A stretch of 64,000 nt of DNA, from positions 56,544,001 to 56,608,000 of the forward strand of contig OZ296653.1 in assembly GCA_965655095.1 (NCBI GenBank), in the 5' to 3' direction. The translations under genes and the position numbers were made by a program. Positions 50,079 through 63,181 of this stretch are shown piece by piece (the stretch's first letter is position 1; every line of letters begins with the position of its first letter). The notes below the pieces were generated by a model. That model was not told where the DNA came from and searched no databases. It saw only the letters and a list, made by a program, of their open reading frames with translations. Origin of the DNA: Haplodiscus bocki. Taxonomy: Eukaryota.

Positions 50079-51381
50079 CAGTAATATTGTAAAGAAATGG
50101 AATATAAGCCTGTGAAAAGGAAACGAGACTGTACTTCTTGTCGTTTTACAGTACTGTGATAAAAGAATGGAACATAAGGCTGTGAAAAAGAAATGGCACA
50201 TTTTAGTCTTTTTCGTTTCATAGTCAAGGTAAGCAAGTTATCCAGGGTTTAATTAACACAACCTCTTCTTGTTATTTGCCTTTCAAGATTTGTGCTAATA
50301 AAATTGATCTCAAAAGCTTGAACGTCCTGATATTAGATGGTTCGCATAACCCTCCTAAACTGTTATTTCTGACAGTGTTCTTTTAGAATCTCATATTTGC
50401 TCATGTAAGAAATCATATTTTCAATTTCTTTTGCTATGAGCCAATATCTAATCATTTTGCGGGCATAGCAGTGAAGTTGAATGTTTGAAATTGCCAAAAA
50501 TTGATGAGAAAATCGACAAGTTTCATGCAAAAAATGCTAAATGCTATCTTAACACATGAAAAAGCAAATTTCTGTCTGAGCAGTCAATTTTCAAAGGAAA
50601 GACGCATTTTTTTAGAAAATGCACTTCCTGCCTTTCAGAAGTTGACGAATGTTAGACTCGAAGCAATTTTTTTCCCCGAATAGGTTAAAATGCATTAAAT
50701 ATGTAAAGATTTGTAAAAACGACGGCTCCAGGAGTAAAATTGCGAGTCCCTATCTTCTCATAAATTGATGCATTTTTTTTTGAAACAAAAACCATTGTAA
50801 TTTACGTGGAATCTAAGAAACTTTTCTTCCTGAAATTTCCTGCTAAGTTGGCTAGATTTCTAGATATTCAGCCGTCCCATTTCTTTTTCACAGCCTCATA
50901 GTCCATTTCTTTATCACAGTATTATATTGTCAATGTAGGCAAGTTATCAAGGGTTTAATTACCACAACTTCATATTGTTTGGCTTTCAATAGTTATGCAA
51001 GCAAAATTGATCTCAAAAGCTTCAAAGACTTGATAATATAGGTGATTTGTATCCCCTTTTAAATTTATTTTTGACAACTTTGAAATCTAATAATTCCCTG
51101 TCCAAGAATTTATAATTTAAATCCGAGTCGATATCTTATTACTTCAAAGTCTTTGTAGAATATTTGAATTTTTGAAACTGCCAAAATCCAGGATTAAAAC
51201 TGCGAGTCCTCGTCTTTCATAATACTGATCCACTTTTTTCAAACAAAAATCGTTGTATTCGACTGAAATCTATGAAACTTTTGTTCCTGAAAGTTATCTG
51301 TCAGTTCGCTTGATTTTTAAATATTCAGCTGTCCCATTTCTTTTTCACACCCTTATGTTCCATTTTTTTATCACAGCACTG
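50079..51381. mobile_element. Tc1/mariner-type MITE with a related MITE nested at 50149-50924
   Basis: TA-flanked CAGT... termini with TIRs (cagtactgtgataaaagaatggaacataagg / reverse complement). The outer copy resumes after the inner one. Confidence 0.85.
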
Positions 51382-51495
51382 TATTGGGCAAATTCAGCAA
51401 CAGAGCTTTAGTGCTTCATTAAGATCGGAACATGTAATTGTTGGGCTCTAAAAACAACTTCTCCTCTGAAGACTTCACCATTATAACGTACATAC

Positions 51496-54400
51496 CTTTT
51501 TTTTCAAAATCTTGATCTTCAGATGAATTATCGCTTCTCAGGTTTTGAGGTTGTGGAAAGTTCAAATCTCCATGGATTAGAGGCTTTTCGTCCCAAAAAT
51601 CCTGCCTAATAATTTTTTGGTCAGGGCAAACTCGATGATGTTCCTCCAGAGATTGACGATCTAGTCTGATGACATGAAGCGAGTTATATCTGCAAGTTTC
51701 TATCCTCACATCTAAAACATCCACTTTCAAATAGAATTGAACACCGAGAGACTAAATATTTTCAATAGAAAAAGTTTTGGGGCCTCAAATTTAAACAGGA
51801 CTTCAAGGTTTGCAAATTAAAACCCGTGCTGAACTTTTAAATTTTTCGTTAGTCCGAATTGCCCTGTGAAGCAACCACTTCTGACTAAGGGTCCGGCCAC
51901 ACAATGCAAGCCGATGAAACATCGAGATTAAAGGAGCCCCGATGGAAACTGAAGTACTAATGGTTCGCTGTGTTAATTCAAACTAATAATTCTCGAAGAT
52001 TTGAGGACAATGATCAATAAAATTTGGGTCACGGAGAGTCTCTAACAACAATTCTTCCCTTTTCTAGACTCTGCAGCCATTTCTATCCTGTCTGACAGTC
52101 CGTGGAATCTTGCTGTTACCACAAAACAAATGTTCAACTAGCGGGTTTAGTTAGTGATCCATCAGACTAAGAAAACCCAGAAAACGAAGATAGAGGTAAA
52201 ATTTCCATGAGCAAATAGCATTTCGAAAGCTAATAAACCTCAAAAAATTCTGACTATCATCCAAATTTATGTTTAGTAGGACTATTGTGGGTCAGTACAC
52301 CCAGAATGAAGATGGAGAGTTTTGTAGTTGCTCTTCGATGGGCGTGGTGTCTGCATGAGAAGCGCGCGAAGTGAAGGCGAACAAAGACCACACACCATGG
52401 GATTTGGGATTAACAGAGTGTTTCGCTCAGGCCACGCAGCTGGGGAAAAAACCTCAAGAACAAAATCACTCAGCCAACTGAAAGGGAAGCACTCACGCCA
52501 TCATCAAAGTTCGATTCCACTCACCTCATAGCGTTACCGTCGTATATCAGATGTACATCGAAGAGGACTCAGTGATAACGTGCCTGGTTAAGGAGCTGTA
52601 TGACCTCCAGTGGCCAAGCATGATGTCCACCGAAGTGAAGTACAATGTGCAGGAACTAGCAACCTTGGTGGAACCAATGAGCTTGTGTGAAAAACCCAAG
52701 TAGTCAGACTGAATCTGTTGCCCGATGGGTGAAGTTCGCGAAAGCATTTGTAGAGGCCAAATTCAACAACGTGGTGAGGGTCAAGCTTCTGCCCAGGAAG
52801 AACAAAGAAGGACATGCCACACGACCCAATGCCCGAAATACGCGAATTGATAGCCATCCTCAAACGCATTGTCAAGCAGCGTAGGGCTCGCATTCATTTC
52901 CTGAAGTTCACCTTTGCGAACCTATCGAAAAATACTCTACACACTCATTCGGATCACATTCAAACCCTGACCAGAGATGATCGACGACGCCTTAAACTCG
53001 ACAAAACCGCCGGAAAAAATGAAAGAAACAAGCAAAGAGGGCTGTCGTAAAGGAAACCGGAGGATCGACCTGCTTACTAAAATGCCTTTCTCTATGCAGG
53101 AGAGCTAAATTGATTTTGTCAGGGTAAAACTAACCAGTAAAATCATAACGTCACCGAGTCCAACAGAGGCGTGCCGAGGGAGAAAGTTCCCTTCAAATAT
53201 AAAAAAAAACTTTACTGCAACTGGTGCCTCTATGCAAAGCGATGTTTAGCGACCACAAACAGCGTTGTAATCAACATCAACGCAGAAAGTGACAACCAAA
53301 AACTAGACTTGAAATTGTGTATAGCATGTAACCTGCAATTCAACGGTTTATACAGAGGTCATGATGCTGGTGAACAACACTAAGCGTGGAAAACATACCG
53401 GACAAGACGAAAATCGACACATCAATTCCGGAATAGTTGAAAAATTTCAATTCCGTTGATGTTCAACTCAATGTGATCAAGTATCCAAACGCGAAAAACC
53501 ACTGCGGATTGAACCAAATCTTCTTCAATCGTTCGGCCAAATTGGAAAAGAATTAATCCGCCTTATGACCGCAACTGATCTCATTTACTTCAAGAACCTT
53601 GCCCAATTTATGTCTCGGAAGAGTACAGTACTGTGAGTACGGAACATAAGGCTGCGAAAAAGAAATGGGACACTTTAGTTTTCGTCATTTTATCCAATGT
53701 AGGCAAGTATCGAGGGTTAAATAAACACAACCTCTTATTCTTTGCCTTTCAAGATTTGTGCTAACAAAATTGATCTCAAAATTCCTGATAATAGATGGTT
53801 TGTAAACACCTGTTAAACAGTTATTTCTAGCAATTTTCTTTTAAAATCCCGCAATTTTCTTTTGAAATCTCATATTTGCTCATGAAAGAAATTCTATTTT
53901 CACTTTCTTTTAATATGAGCCGATATCTTATTACTTCGCGGGCATAGCAGTATAGTTGAATTTTTGAAATTGCCAAAAATTGAAGAGAAAATCGACAAGT
54001 TTCATGCAAAAAATGCTTTACGCTATCTTAATACATGAAAAATGAAATTTCTCTCTCTAAACAGTCGATTTTCATGAGAAGGACGCATTTTTTTGGGTCA
54101 AAATGCACTTTCTGCCTTTCAGAAGCTGCGGGATGTTAGACTCGAAGCAGAATTTTTCCCCGAATGACTTAAAATGCATTAAATATGTCAAGATTTGTAG
54201 AAAAATGACGGCTCCAGGAGTAAAACTGCGAATCCCTATCTTCAGTTATATTGATCATTTTTTTTTCAAACAAAAACACTAATCTACGTAGAATTAAACT
54301 TTTGTTACTGAAATTTCCTTGTAAGTTGGCTACAGTTTTAGATATTCAGCTAACCCATTTCTTTTTCACAGCTTCATAGACCATTTCTTTATCACAGTAT

Positions 54401-57400
54401 TGTAGTAACCCACACCCTCAAAATACTAAGCAACTACATAGCAAAACCACCATTAGCCAACCGCAAATTGTAACTCAGCAGAATCCGTCGGCTCTCCCGT
54501 CAAATTAAAGCAGCCAATTACGCACACAAGATCCATTTCTTTATTTAATTTGCTGGAAAGACTTCCCAAAGTGACAAACTTGAGGAACAAAATTCCGCAT
54601 CGCACTTGATTGATAACGAACCTGAACGAACAATTGATGACAAAACCTGTTCACTCTGGACTGGAACATTTGGTCTCGAACTTCCGAAACAATCATGTTT
54701 ACAAATGTGCGTCCTGCAAACACTAATAGGAAAATCCAAGGATACCAGATCTTGCCTTTTTAGAGCGCCCTGAACAAGACAGGCACAGCTGCAATTCGTG
54801 AAATTGCAACAGTGAAACTTTTAGGAAACACTTAGTTCACATTTGTTACGCTCTCTACAAATTACATCATTGTTGGAAAAAAAACATCCGATTTTGGTTA
54901 ATCATCTTGACGCCTGTTCAAAACATGGAATTCAGCATGACCTGAACTCAACTATTTCAGAGCAAATACGTGAAATGCATTTGATTCATGAGATTAGCAC
55001 CTAGCCTACCGAAATTCAAGCAGCGTAATCGTAGTCTTCAATTCCTGGCTTAAACAGTTCACTTTCCAAATGCCAACAACTAGCAAACCTTTGTTCGAAA
55101 AAGCAGAGCAAATCTAACTAATGGATCAACCCAAGGAGTACAAATTAGTCATCAGCCGACAACTGTAAAGCCGCGTGCGTAGTCAAAGTTGACCCAGACA
55201 CTTTGCATGATAATCTTTTACCGTTCCAACCGACTCCAACCTCAGTATGTTGATTCAGTCCGACAGACCATTCTGCTTTAAAAAAACAGAAGATTTTGCA
55301 GTGAGAAACGGTTTCTTCCTTATAGGTGACCTGTCTTTAGATCCATAATTACTGGATATGTTAAGAACTCGTTTTAACTGAAACACAAAAGCACCGGCAA
55401 ATTGAAGAATTCTAAGGGATTCGAGTGTAGTCATTTCAAAGTAACAGCAATGGTAAATGGGCAAAAAATTCCCAAATTACAAATTATTCCTGAATTTTCA
55501 CTCGATTCAGTTCTCACATTGCCTATAAGTTCTTCATATTTTAAAAATCTATTCATCTCGACTCCTAGATACCTACATCACTTACTGATTCACTCCTTGA
55601 CGTCCTGCCGTCAGTTCGTTTGGATAGTATTTAACGCCGAAAGTGAGATGCCTTTAATAGCTGGAATTGGTCCGTCTGAAAACCGATGTTGTTGAAGTCA
55701 AACAACATATACGACAAGCTGGCGTTTGTTGCGCACAAAGCAGGATTGTACTAAAAAAAAGTTCCAAATAAGTGCATTCAACTGGTAAGTCATTGATTTA
55801 TAAGGGCAAAAGTGGGTTGTTCGGAAACATGCTTCAGAGACTTCATGATCCACTTTAGCATTGGCTCTTTTTCCAATGTCGTTCAACTTCTCGAGCAAAT
55901 TTGGTCATTTAAGTGAAAACATTTTTTAAAAACATGAAGTCAGCAAAGCAAGCAATCGATTGCGCACATCGAATTCTTTGCCTCATTTTTCCCAAGCCAC
56001 CGATTGCTGAGTCGTGATGGAGGACTGAAATGATTGTAATTAAGGAGACTGAAGAGCTCAGGGTATGATATAGCACGAGGCTACATAGCTTTCTCTGATA
56101 TTTTGCTCAAAGAGGTAGGCAAGGAAACCCGCCGGTAGCAAGACAAATCGAGTGTACTTCCTACTTTGAAAAAACAAATCATCTTCGATACCTTCATCAC
56201 GTCAGAGAAAGCTCCAGTATTAAAACAGTAATTTGTTTAAGAGATTTCAGGATTCTTGGATCAAGAACATTGATCACAACATTTCAAATTCTACCACAAC
56301 CACTCGATGACTTTGATTTCATGTTAATAACTATCCCTGCTATCTCAGCATCGGTCACAGCAAACAGGAACATCGATAAGTTATTGCCCTCCATGGTGTC
56401 TATCGCTCCTGCATCAGGTAGAACGGATGTTAAAATCACAACATCGATGAAGTACTACTCGTAGTCTACGCAACATCTTTGGCACCAGTGAGTTCCAGAA
56501 CCTTTGTCTACAATTCGACTGACATTTTGACTTGTCGGGTGTGTCTTTACCGACAACCTCTTTGAATGTCTCCTCGTCTCCGATATTTTGCTATATTCGG
56601 TGGTTGTATTTGCGTTCGGCATATCCTAATTCCTTGTCGAAGTTCCTCATGGACTTTTTGAGTTTTTCTAAATTTGATGGATCATTTTGTACAATTGTTT
56701 TTCTTACACCAGGAAGCTTGCTTATTAGAGAGAACTTTGTGTTAATTTGTTTCTGTTTGTTTTTTGATTCTGGGAAGACCAGGAGCATTTTTTGAGGCGC
56801 GTGTTTAATTCTTCACTGAACTTGTTCAATTTTCTATCAGAATCACTGATATCATCCAATCCGTTGAGATCGAGTACATGCTCAAGGGAACAGAATATCA
56901 AGTATCTTTAGCCACCAGAAGTATTGGGAAATGGTCGATAATTGGAAAGTGGATGGTTCGAACAAAATCACTTCCGAAAAAAGTGATCAAGACAAGTTCT
57001 TGATTTTCCAACTCGTCCTGTATCATTTGAGCCTGAGAATTCAGAGCCATTTGACTCAAACTTGAGGTAGGATTGCGTGACTTTGGTTTCCGATTTAATA
57101 TTATTGTTGAAGTATCCCGTAACAACTTCAGCGGTCTTCTTTCATTCAAACATTCCCGATAGCCGTATAGAAAATGAATGAAGGTGAGTTTGTAAAACTT
57201 TGGCTCGTTATAAAACATACTAATAAAAGGAAGATATGTCTGCTAAAAGAAGACATTACGCATAAAGCTTTTTAGAAAGGCGTTTGAAACTCACTGATAA
57301 ACAACACGACGTTTTCTTTCAATTGGAACCATTACAAATCTACCATTCCTGTTCGTTCTTGATTTTGTCCTACATTAGCGTCATCCCTGAGTTGGCGTAT

Positions 57401-60400
57401 TCTGCTTTTTTAGTTATCTTTGACCACGTTTCACTCAAACATACGCACACTGGTGGAGATTCGCGGCTAGTAATTAATATTTCTAACTCTTCCGTGTGTC
57501 TATCAATTGAGCGTACTTTAACGTGTAGGACAGTGAAACAATTTTCTTCATGTTTCATGGAGTACACGGCCTTTCCTGTTCTATCAGTTTCCATCCATAG
57601 TTGAACTTCCATGAAATATGCTTTTCCGCCCCAGATTGCTCAACACTAACTTTGCCCGTGAAACAGGCAGGTACGTCATTAAAGTCATAGTTTAACAACA
57701 ATCCATCTTCGTATAGTTGTTATTTTGTACAATTTTTGATCTGCTTTCCAGATGAAGAAAATAGTTCAATCGCGAGTTCAAAGGGATTCGATGCGGTTTT
57801 CAGCTTGCATCAGATTGAGAAACATTAGAATCAGGGTTTTTAAATGCTTGAGCTGCTTTGCTCATCAGATCAGCTTCGAGGCTCGTCGAGAAAATCTACC
57901 GTTATTGGGCTTCGGGTAACTTCCGAGTGATGACAGAGGATGTGCAATCGAAATATCACGCTAGCCCAAGTTGGGGTCTTCACTTTTCACAATAATCACA
58001 ACATGAGATATAGTTGTTTCTTCTGACTGGTGCCTTCCAACTTCCAGCTGCTCGTTCACGCCGATAATTCTTCCGATCTCTCTCTTGTTATAGGATTACA
58101 GTAGCACATACTCTGAGAGTGATCTGAGAGAGCATCGATCTTTCAGGCTAATTAAATTTTTTCGAATTGATGACATCATGTGTTTCAGGGTTCTGATACG
58201 TTCGTTGAAGTTGGTTTTGATTGATGGCTGTAGTCGTGGAATGCTTTCGTCATTTCGACGAGAGGTTGCTTTCGCGAGTCGTTTATTATTGATTTGATAC
58301 GTTGTGCCAAATGTGGAGTGCTGTTTCCAACGAGGGGACTTAAGACAGAACATGGGCATTTGCTGTCAGCCCTTGTCAAAGGAGTGTACAGTAGTGTGAA
58401 AAAAGAAAGGAACCTTTATTTGTGAAATAATACTGGAACGATACATATACTTGCGTAATACTCAAAAACAACAGAAAATCAGAAATTATGTTCGAAACAA
58501 AAGTTTCTTAGAATTTCGTCTAGTTTACAATGGTGTTCGTTTGAAACTTCTAAGATCATTATTATAGAAGTTAGCAGATTTTTCACCTCTATGTATTAAG
58601 ATAGGAGGTTGATTTTGCGTCACAACTTTCGATGTTTCAAGTACCTTCTAGTCCGTTTTTGTTTACATTTCATATACTTTCAAGATGCCCGTCATCCACT
58701 GATTACACTCAGAAGTTGGCAGCTCCCCAGTGTTTACACTATCAAAATGGCGAGACATTCTAAGAAAAAATAGTCATCCCAATGTTAATACGTTGTAAAG
58801 GGTGTCATTTCTTACAGAATGTCTCCGCATTTTGATAATGTAAACACTGGGGAGCTGTCGACTTCTGAGTGTAATCAATGGATGACGGGCATCTTACAGT
58901 ATATGAAATGTAAACAAAAACGGACTAGAAGGTACTTAAAACATCGAAAGTTGTGACGCAAAATCAACCTCCTATCTTAATACATAGAGGTGCAAAATCT
59001 GCTAACTTCTATAATAATGATCTTAGAAGTTTCAAACGAACACCATTGTAAACTAGATGAAATTCTAAGAAACTTTTGTTTCGAACATAATTTGTGATTT
59101 TCTGTTGTTTTTGAGTATTACGCAAGTATATTATCGTTCCAGTATTAATTCACAATTAAAAGGTTCCTTTCTTTTCTCACACTACTGTAGTCTTGATAGC
59201 TCGAAGAAGGCACTTAAATGGCCACGTCTTCCCCAGAAATATTGGTCATTCTCCGTGTCTGGCTCTGTAATAAGTTTATCACAACAACAACAAAGAGTGC
59301 TTTGTTTCCTTATTCAGCTTTCTATGGAATTCCACTGAAGATTTGTAATTTTTTGTAATTTTGTCTCTCAGTCACCTGGTTGGCCTGTTAGTTTAAATTA
59401 TGAAATTGTGTTTCAGACTTAAAGATGATGTTATGAACATCGAAACATGTTGTTTTTTTGAAATCAAATATTTGTTCCATTGACGACTTTGGTTTTTGAA
59501 TCCAGATGCAGAATTTATTCACACAGCCTTTGACAAATTAATATCTTCCAGTCGTATCTCTGCCCAATTTGGATTAGCAGCTCTTGTTACGCGACTGTTC
59601 ATTTTCTCCCTGTCAAGGAGATGCGGAAAGGAATGAACGATTCACTTGAATATAAACCAGAACTCTAGAGCAACATCTGCTTGAACTGAGGAAATACAAG
59701 AAACCAGTGAAAATTTCACGATACTACTTCCATTCCAAACGAGGACAACCTGTAATTACTTATTTTCCGCGATGCATCCTACTGAGTTGTTCGCCCCACT
59801 GAGAATATAATCACACTCAGGACATAAATGATAGAAATGAAATTTGAGAAACTATCTAAATTCGGCTCCTTGAGCAATCGGATAACTGAGCCGTGGGCCA
59901 GTTGATACTTCACCTCAAATGTGATCTACGAGCGAAAACGGTGCTTTCGTTCCGCTGCACCCAAAGTTCATCTCCAATATAATTGGCCGAGCGCGTTTAT
60001 TGTCAGATAAATTCCCTATATTTGTAAAATGTAGACCGCGTACTGGAACAGAAAATAAAATGTAGAACGCAGACTAGACCGGCGCCACAAATTACATTGG
60101 TAGTTGAAAAAGTGTCTCATTAACGTTTGTGGCCTTGGTGCATCGTTTAGGAATGCTCCAGACATTCCCGAAGAAGCGTTAGGTGCAATATAGTGCAAAA
60201 TAACCCATTTCAGAGCAAATACCACTGAAGATTTGAGCAATGTCTAGTGAGGGGGAGGAGAAAGAGCCAGCCATTAAGCTATTTAAGAAATAATTTTACA
60301 AAGAACAGATTCGGCCGTCAGCTTCACCTAAAACCTGATTTACTCTCACTAAACTTAAAAATTTTTTTGCATCACATCTTCAAATTTGCTCACGTATTCA

Positions 60401-60867
60401 GAATTTTCAAACTCAGACGAACAGTTCGCAATGAATTAAGCAAGTCAAAAGTTGAGAATCTTCACTCCTTCAATTAGGAAGAAAATAGCCAGAAATTGGT
60501 GTACGGATAAACTTTGGGTTGCATTTCAATGCTGCTGAAAATTATCTGCATCGTTGAGAACTAAAAAGCGTCCTTTGAAAAAGAAATCCACCTGAATTGA
60601 ACCTTTGTCCAATGTTTTTGATAATACACGTAATAAACTACAAATGAAGCTAAAAGTTAGTTAACATAAACGCCAAGTTATGAATGCATTGAATGCAGAT
60701 GAAAAAGCTTGGGATGCAAATGAAAGTGTTTCATTCGTACCTGGGTGTTGAATTCTGCATTTGGCCAAATGCTGACTCCATCTGAAAGCGTCCACTATGT
60801 GGTAGGGGTCGAAAACGCATTGGTATTTATCATACTTATTGTAGCTCAAAGAAGGTTGAGAAATCAT
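51496..60867 (-). CDS. GTSF1: GTSF1/Asterix/Cue110-like protein with tandem CHHC (U11-48K-type) zinc fingers; exons 60867-60741 and 51711-51496, 3' exons uncertain
   Basis: Exon A reads QCVFDPYHIVDAFRWSQHLAKCRIQHP (Cx5Hx9Hx3C). A phase-1 join G|gtacga...gttttag|AT gives HPDVRIETCRYNSLHVIRLDRQSLEEHHRVCPD, matching the GTSF1 layout KCRKNHPDV...TCPFN. Confidence 0.85.
52300..55500 (+). mobile_element. Heavily degraded CR1/L2-group LINE (esterase-like ORF1, EN, RT traces), boundaries approximate
   Basis: GGTNE and KLLPR (SGNH-like) near 52660-52800, and RT traces GSTQG (~55124) and LHDN (~55203). Interrupted by a MITE. Confidence 0.45.
53626..54402. mobile_element. Tc1/mariner-type MITE, same family as 50149-50924
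   Basis: TA|CAGTACTGTG...CACAGTATTG|TA termini; colinear with the 50149 copy. Confidence 0.88.
55550..58370 (-). mobile_element. Degraded CR1/L2/Crack-like LINE (ORF1 + APE endonuclease + partial ORF2)
   Basis: FTVLHVKVRSIDRHTEELEIL...VCLSETW (57370-57560), IIDHFPI (~56935) and a coiled-coil ORF1 remnant at 57700-58360. Confidence 0.7.
58389..59187. mobile_element. ~800-bp foldback (palindromic) MITE with TA TSD and CAGT termini
   Basis: Arms ~58389-58768 and ~58810-59187 are near-perfect reverse complements around a ~40-bp spacer. Ends are TA|CAGTAGTGTG...CACACTACTG|TA. Confidence 0.93.
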
Positions 60868-61186
60868 AAGTATTCTAAAACAGAGATAATTTATTCCTTC
60901 AACTTTTTCATTAGTAAAGTTTATTCAAACCAAATAACGAGCTCAAGGAGATACATATACCTTTATAGACAGGATTTATTCCAAGAAAGGGAGAATTTGT
61001 CCAACTAGATGCAAAAAAACTTTTCTCTTCAAAACGACGAACTTCATCAAACAATTGTTATTAATAATGCCTGAGCTTAAAATATTTACCATGGAGAAAC
61101 GTAATCAGCCGATGAAGGTAAACCTTACATAAAGTTTCTTACATACGAGACCGAAGCTGCACTGGAATTTCCCATACATCACGTTA

Positions 61187-61258
61187 CGCTCAATACATCA
61201 TCCCAAAAGCAATGCATATTATAGCTCAATACATCATCCCAAAAGCAATGCATATTAT
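61187..61258. repeat. 35-bp tandem duplication
   Basis: gctcaatacatcatcccaaaagcaatgcatattata occurs twice. Confidence 0.9.
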
Positions 61259-61259
61259 A

Positions 61260-62370
61260 AAGTTGCATGTCCTGAATTTTATACCAAGGACAATCAAATT
61301 AGAAACAGACCGCCTGCCTTGGATCTACCGAAAATTTCAACGAAATAAACGAAAGACCTTATAGCCTATCTCAAAAAATCACATCCAATTAAAAAAACCA
61401 TTGACATCCCCTATTTTTTAAGAACATAAATGTTGCAAAAATAATTGTTGCAAAAATAAACCAGAGGCGCAGTCTCACTTCAATATTTTCCATCAACTGA
61501 ATGTAGAAATGAATGACCGAACATACAACAAATGATTTGCACAAAATTCTTGACTAAATAGAAAGTTACCGATTGAAGCCTTCTGGAAAGAATTCAAGTC
61601 GAGAACTTTAGAAAATGATGAGTTTGACTATAGAGAAAAAATCAATAAAAATTGACTTTGCCGGCATTTTCGGCCTGTGATGATACCTCTGATTGTGCAA
61701 AAATCAAGGAGCTTCAAATCGAAGACCCTTCTACGGACAAAGAGCTTTCAATGAATACTTTGATGGAAGAAGTCAAGTCAATAGTTATGGCGAAATAAGA
61801 ATTTGAACATCTGGAAACATCATAATTACTTTCATTTTGTGGCTCTTTTGGACCATCAGGATTCCAATGGAAGGAAGAAGATCAATTAATTTTGTTTTGA
61901 AGTTCAACTAAGATTTGTATCAGGTAGCGCAAACGCTGCCTCAACAAAAATCCGTTCCAAGATTTGTCACTTTTAATGCAGAGGCTAATGATACTAATAA
62001 AATTACTATTTTGTGTTTGTAATCTTAAAGTTATTCCTCCAGTTGTTCGTAATTTTCAACAAACTTGAAAAAACAGTTTTCATTGAACAACTCATATTTG
62101 AACATGTCCACCTCTACTTCCAAAACAATACGCCCAAAATATTGAAGATCACTTTAGTTCACTGATACTCGACACTGAGAAACGAATAGCTTATCCGAAG
62201 AACAAAGAGATTTCATTGAGGAATTAACATGCTTAATTGAAGACGAGATCAAAATTTGGAAAATAGCATTTTAAAAGTATTATTCATCAGAAAACAATAA
62301 CTGCAGCGTCACAAACTAAAAACAAAATAAGTGTCCAATCCACATCTATTGGACCTGATTCGGATCACGA
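61260..62370 (+). mobile_element. Degraded LINE RT remnant
   Basis: Traces EYFDGRSQ (~61753) and GSFGP (~61841) with no long ORF. Confidence 0.3.
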
Positions 62371-62393
62371 AAATATTGATTCACGAATTTAAA

Positions 62394-62862
62394 AGCCGGC
62401 TACCACCGGTATATTTTCCGCCTTCCAAGTTTGGTATAGATCCTTTTTAATAGGCTGAAAGCGTCTTTCTCGAAAACTACTTTTTTTCGAATTTTGTCAA
62501 ATTCAAAAAATTATTCTTGCCAAAAAACCTCAGACTTAAGGTGGACGACATTTTCAAGAAACAACATCAATTGATTCACATTTTACAGCAGATTTGCTAC
62601 CTTTACCGATTTTGAAGAAATTCAAGTTTTTTTTCGAAAAAAAATCATGTATTTATTCGAAAAAAAACCCATTTTGAAAGTTTTGAGAAATCTTACTATT
62701 TCAGTCGCTTTCTACGGCAAATGAGCTATAATTTGGTGATAAAAAATTTTCGAGGTCAGAACCGTCTGAACATTAGCGTCAGAAGTCGGACATTATCAAT
62801 TGGCAAGTCAGCGTAAAAAAAGTTCGCTTCGAGTGGATGATTTGCCTCCCATATTATACATA
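62394..62862 (-). mobile_element. HINE-like copy
   Basis: agccggctaccaccggtatattttccgcc terminus, with a core colinear with 7343-7860. Confidence 0.75.
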
Positions 62863-63181
62863 TGAGAAGCTGCAGAAATCAATGGGAATGTTTACAGGAG
62901 TGGAACAAAAAGAGCCTGATAATCCTACAATGATACATTAGGCAACTTCTCAATGGCACAGCCGGTTTTTAAAAATTATAGTACCCCTCTCACAACATGT
63001 TATCACAACTGAAAACTCGTGAAACAAAGTATTGAAAAATATTGTTAGTTTAAATTCCAAAGATTGAGAATAAGATGAAATTCTAGAGGATATTTCTAAC
63101 ATATATGAGCAGCAAAAAAATCAGTCATTTTAAAAATCTACTCAATTAATTATAAGTTCCGGCCAATTTTTTCCGAGTTAC

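Noticed and set aside
51712-51751. Upstream acceptor (tttag|TCTCTC) for GTSF1-like exon B
   Set aside because: Its phase 0 is incompatible with exon A. The acceptor at 51712/51711 gives the family-typical HPDV linker.
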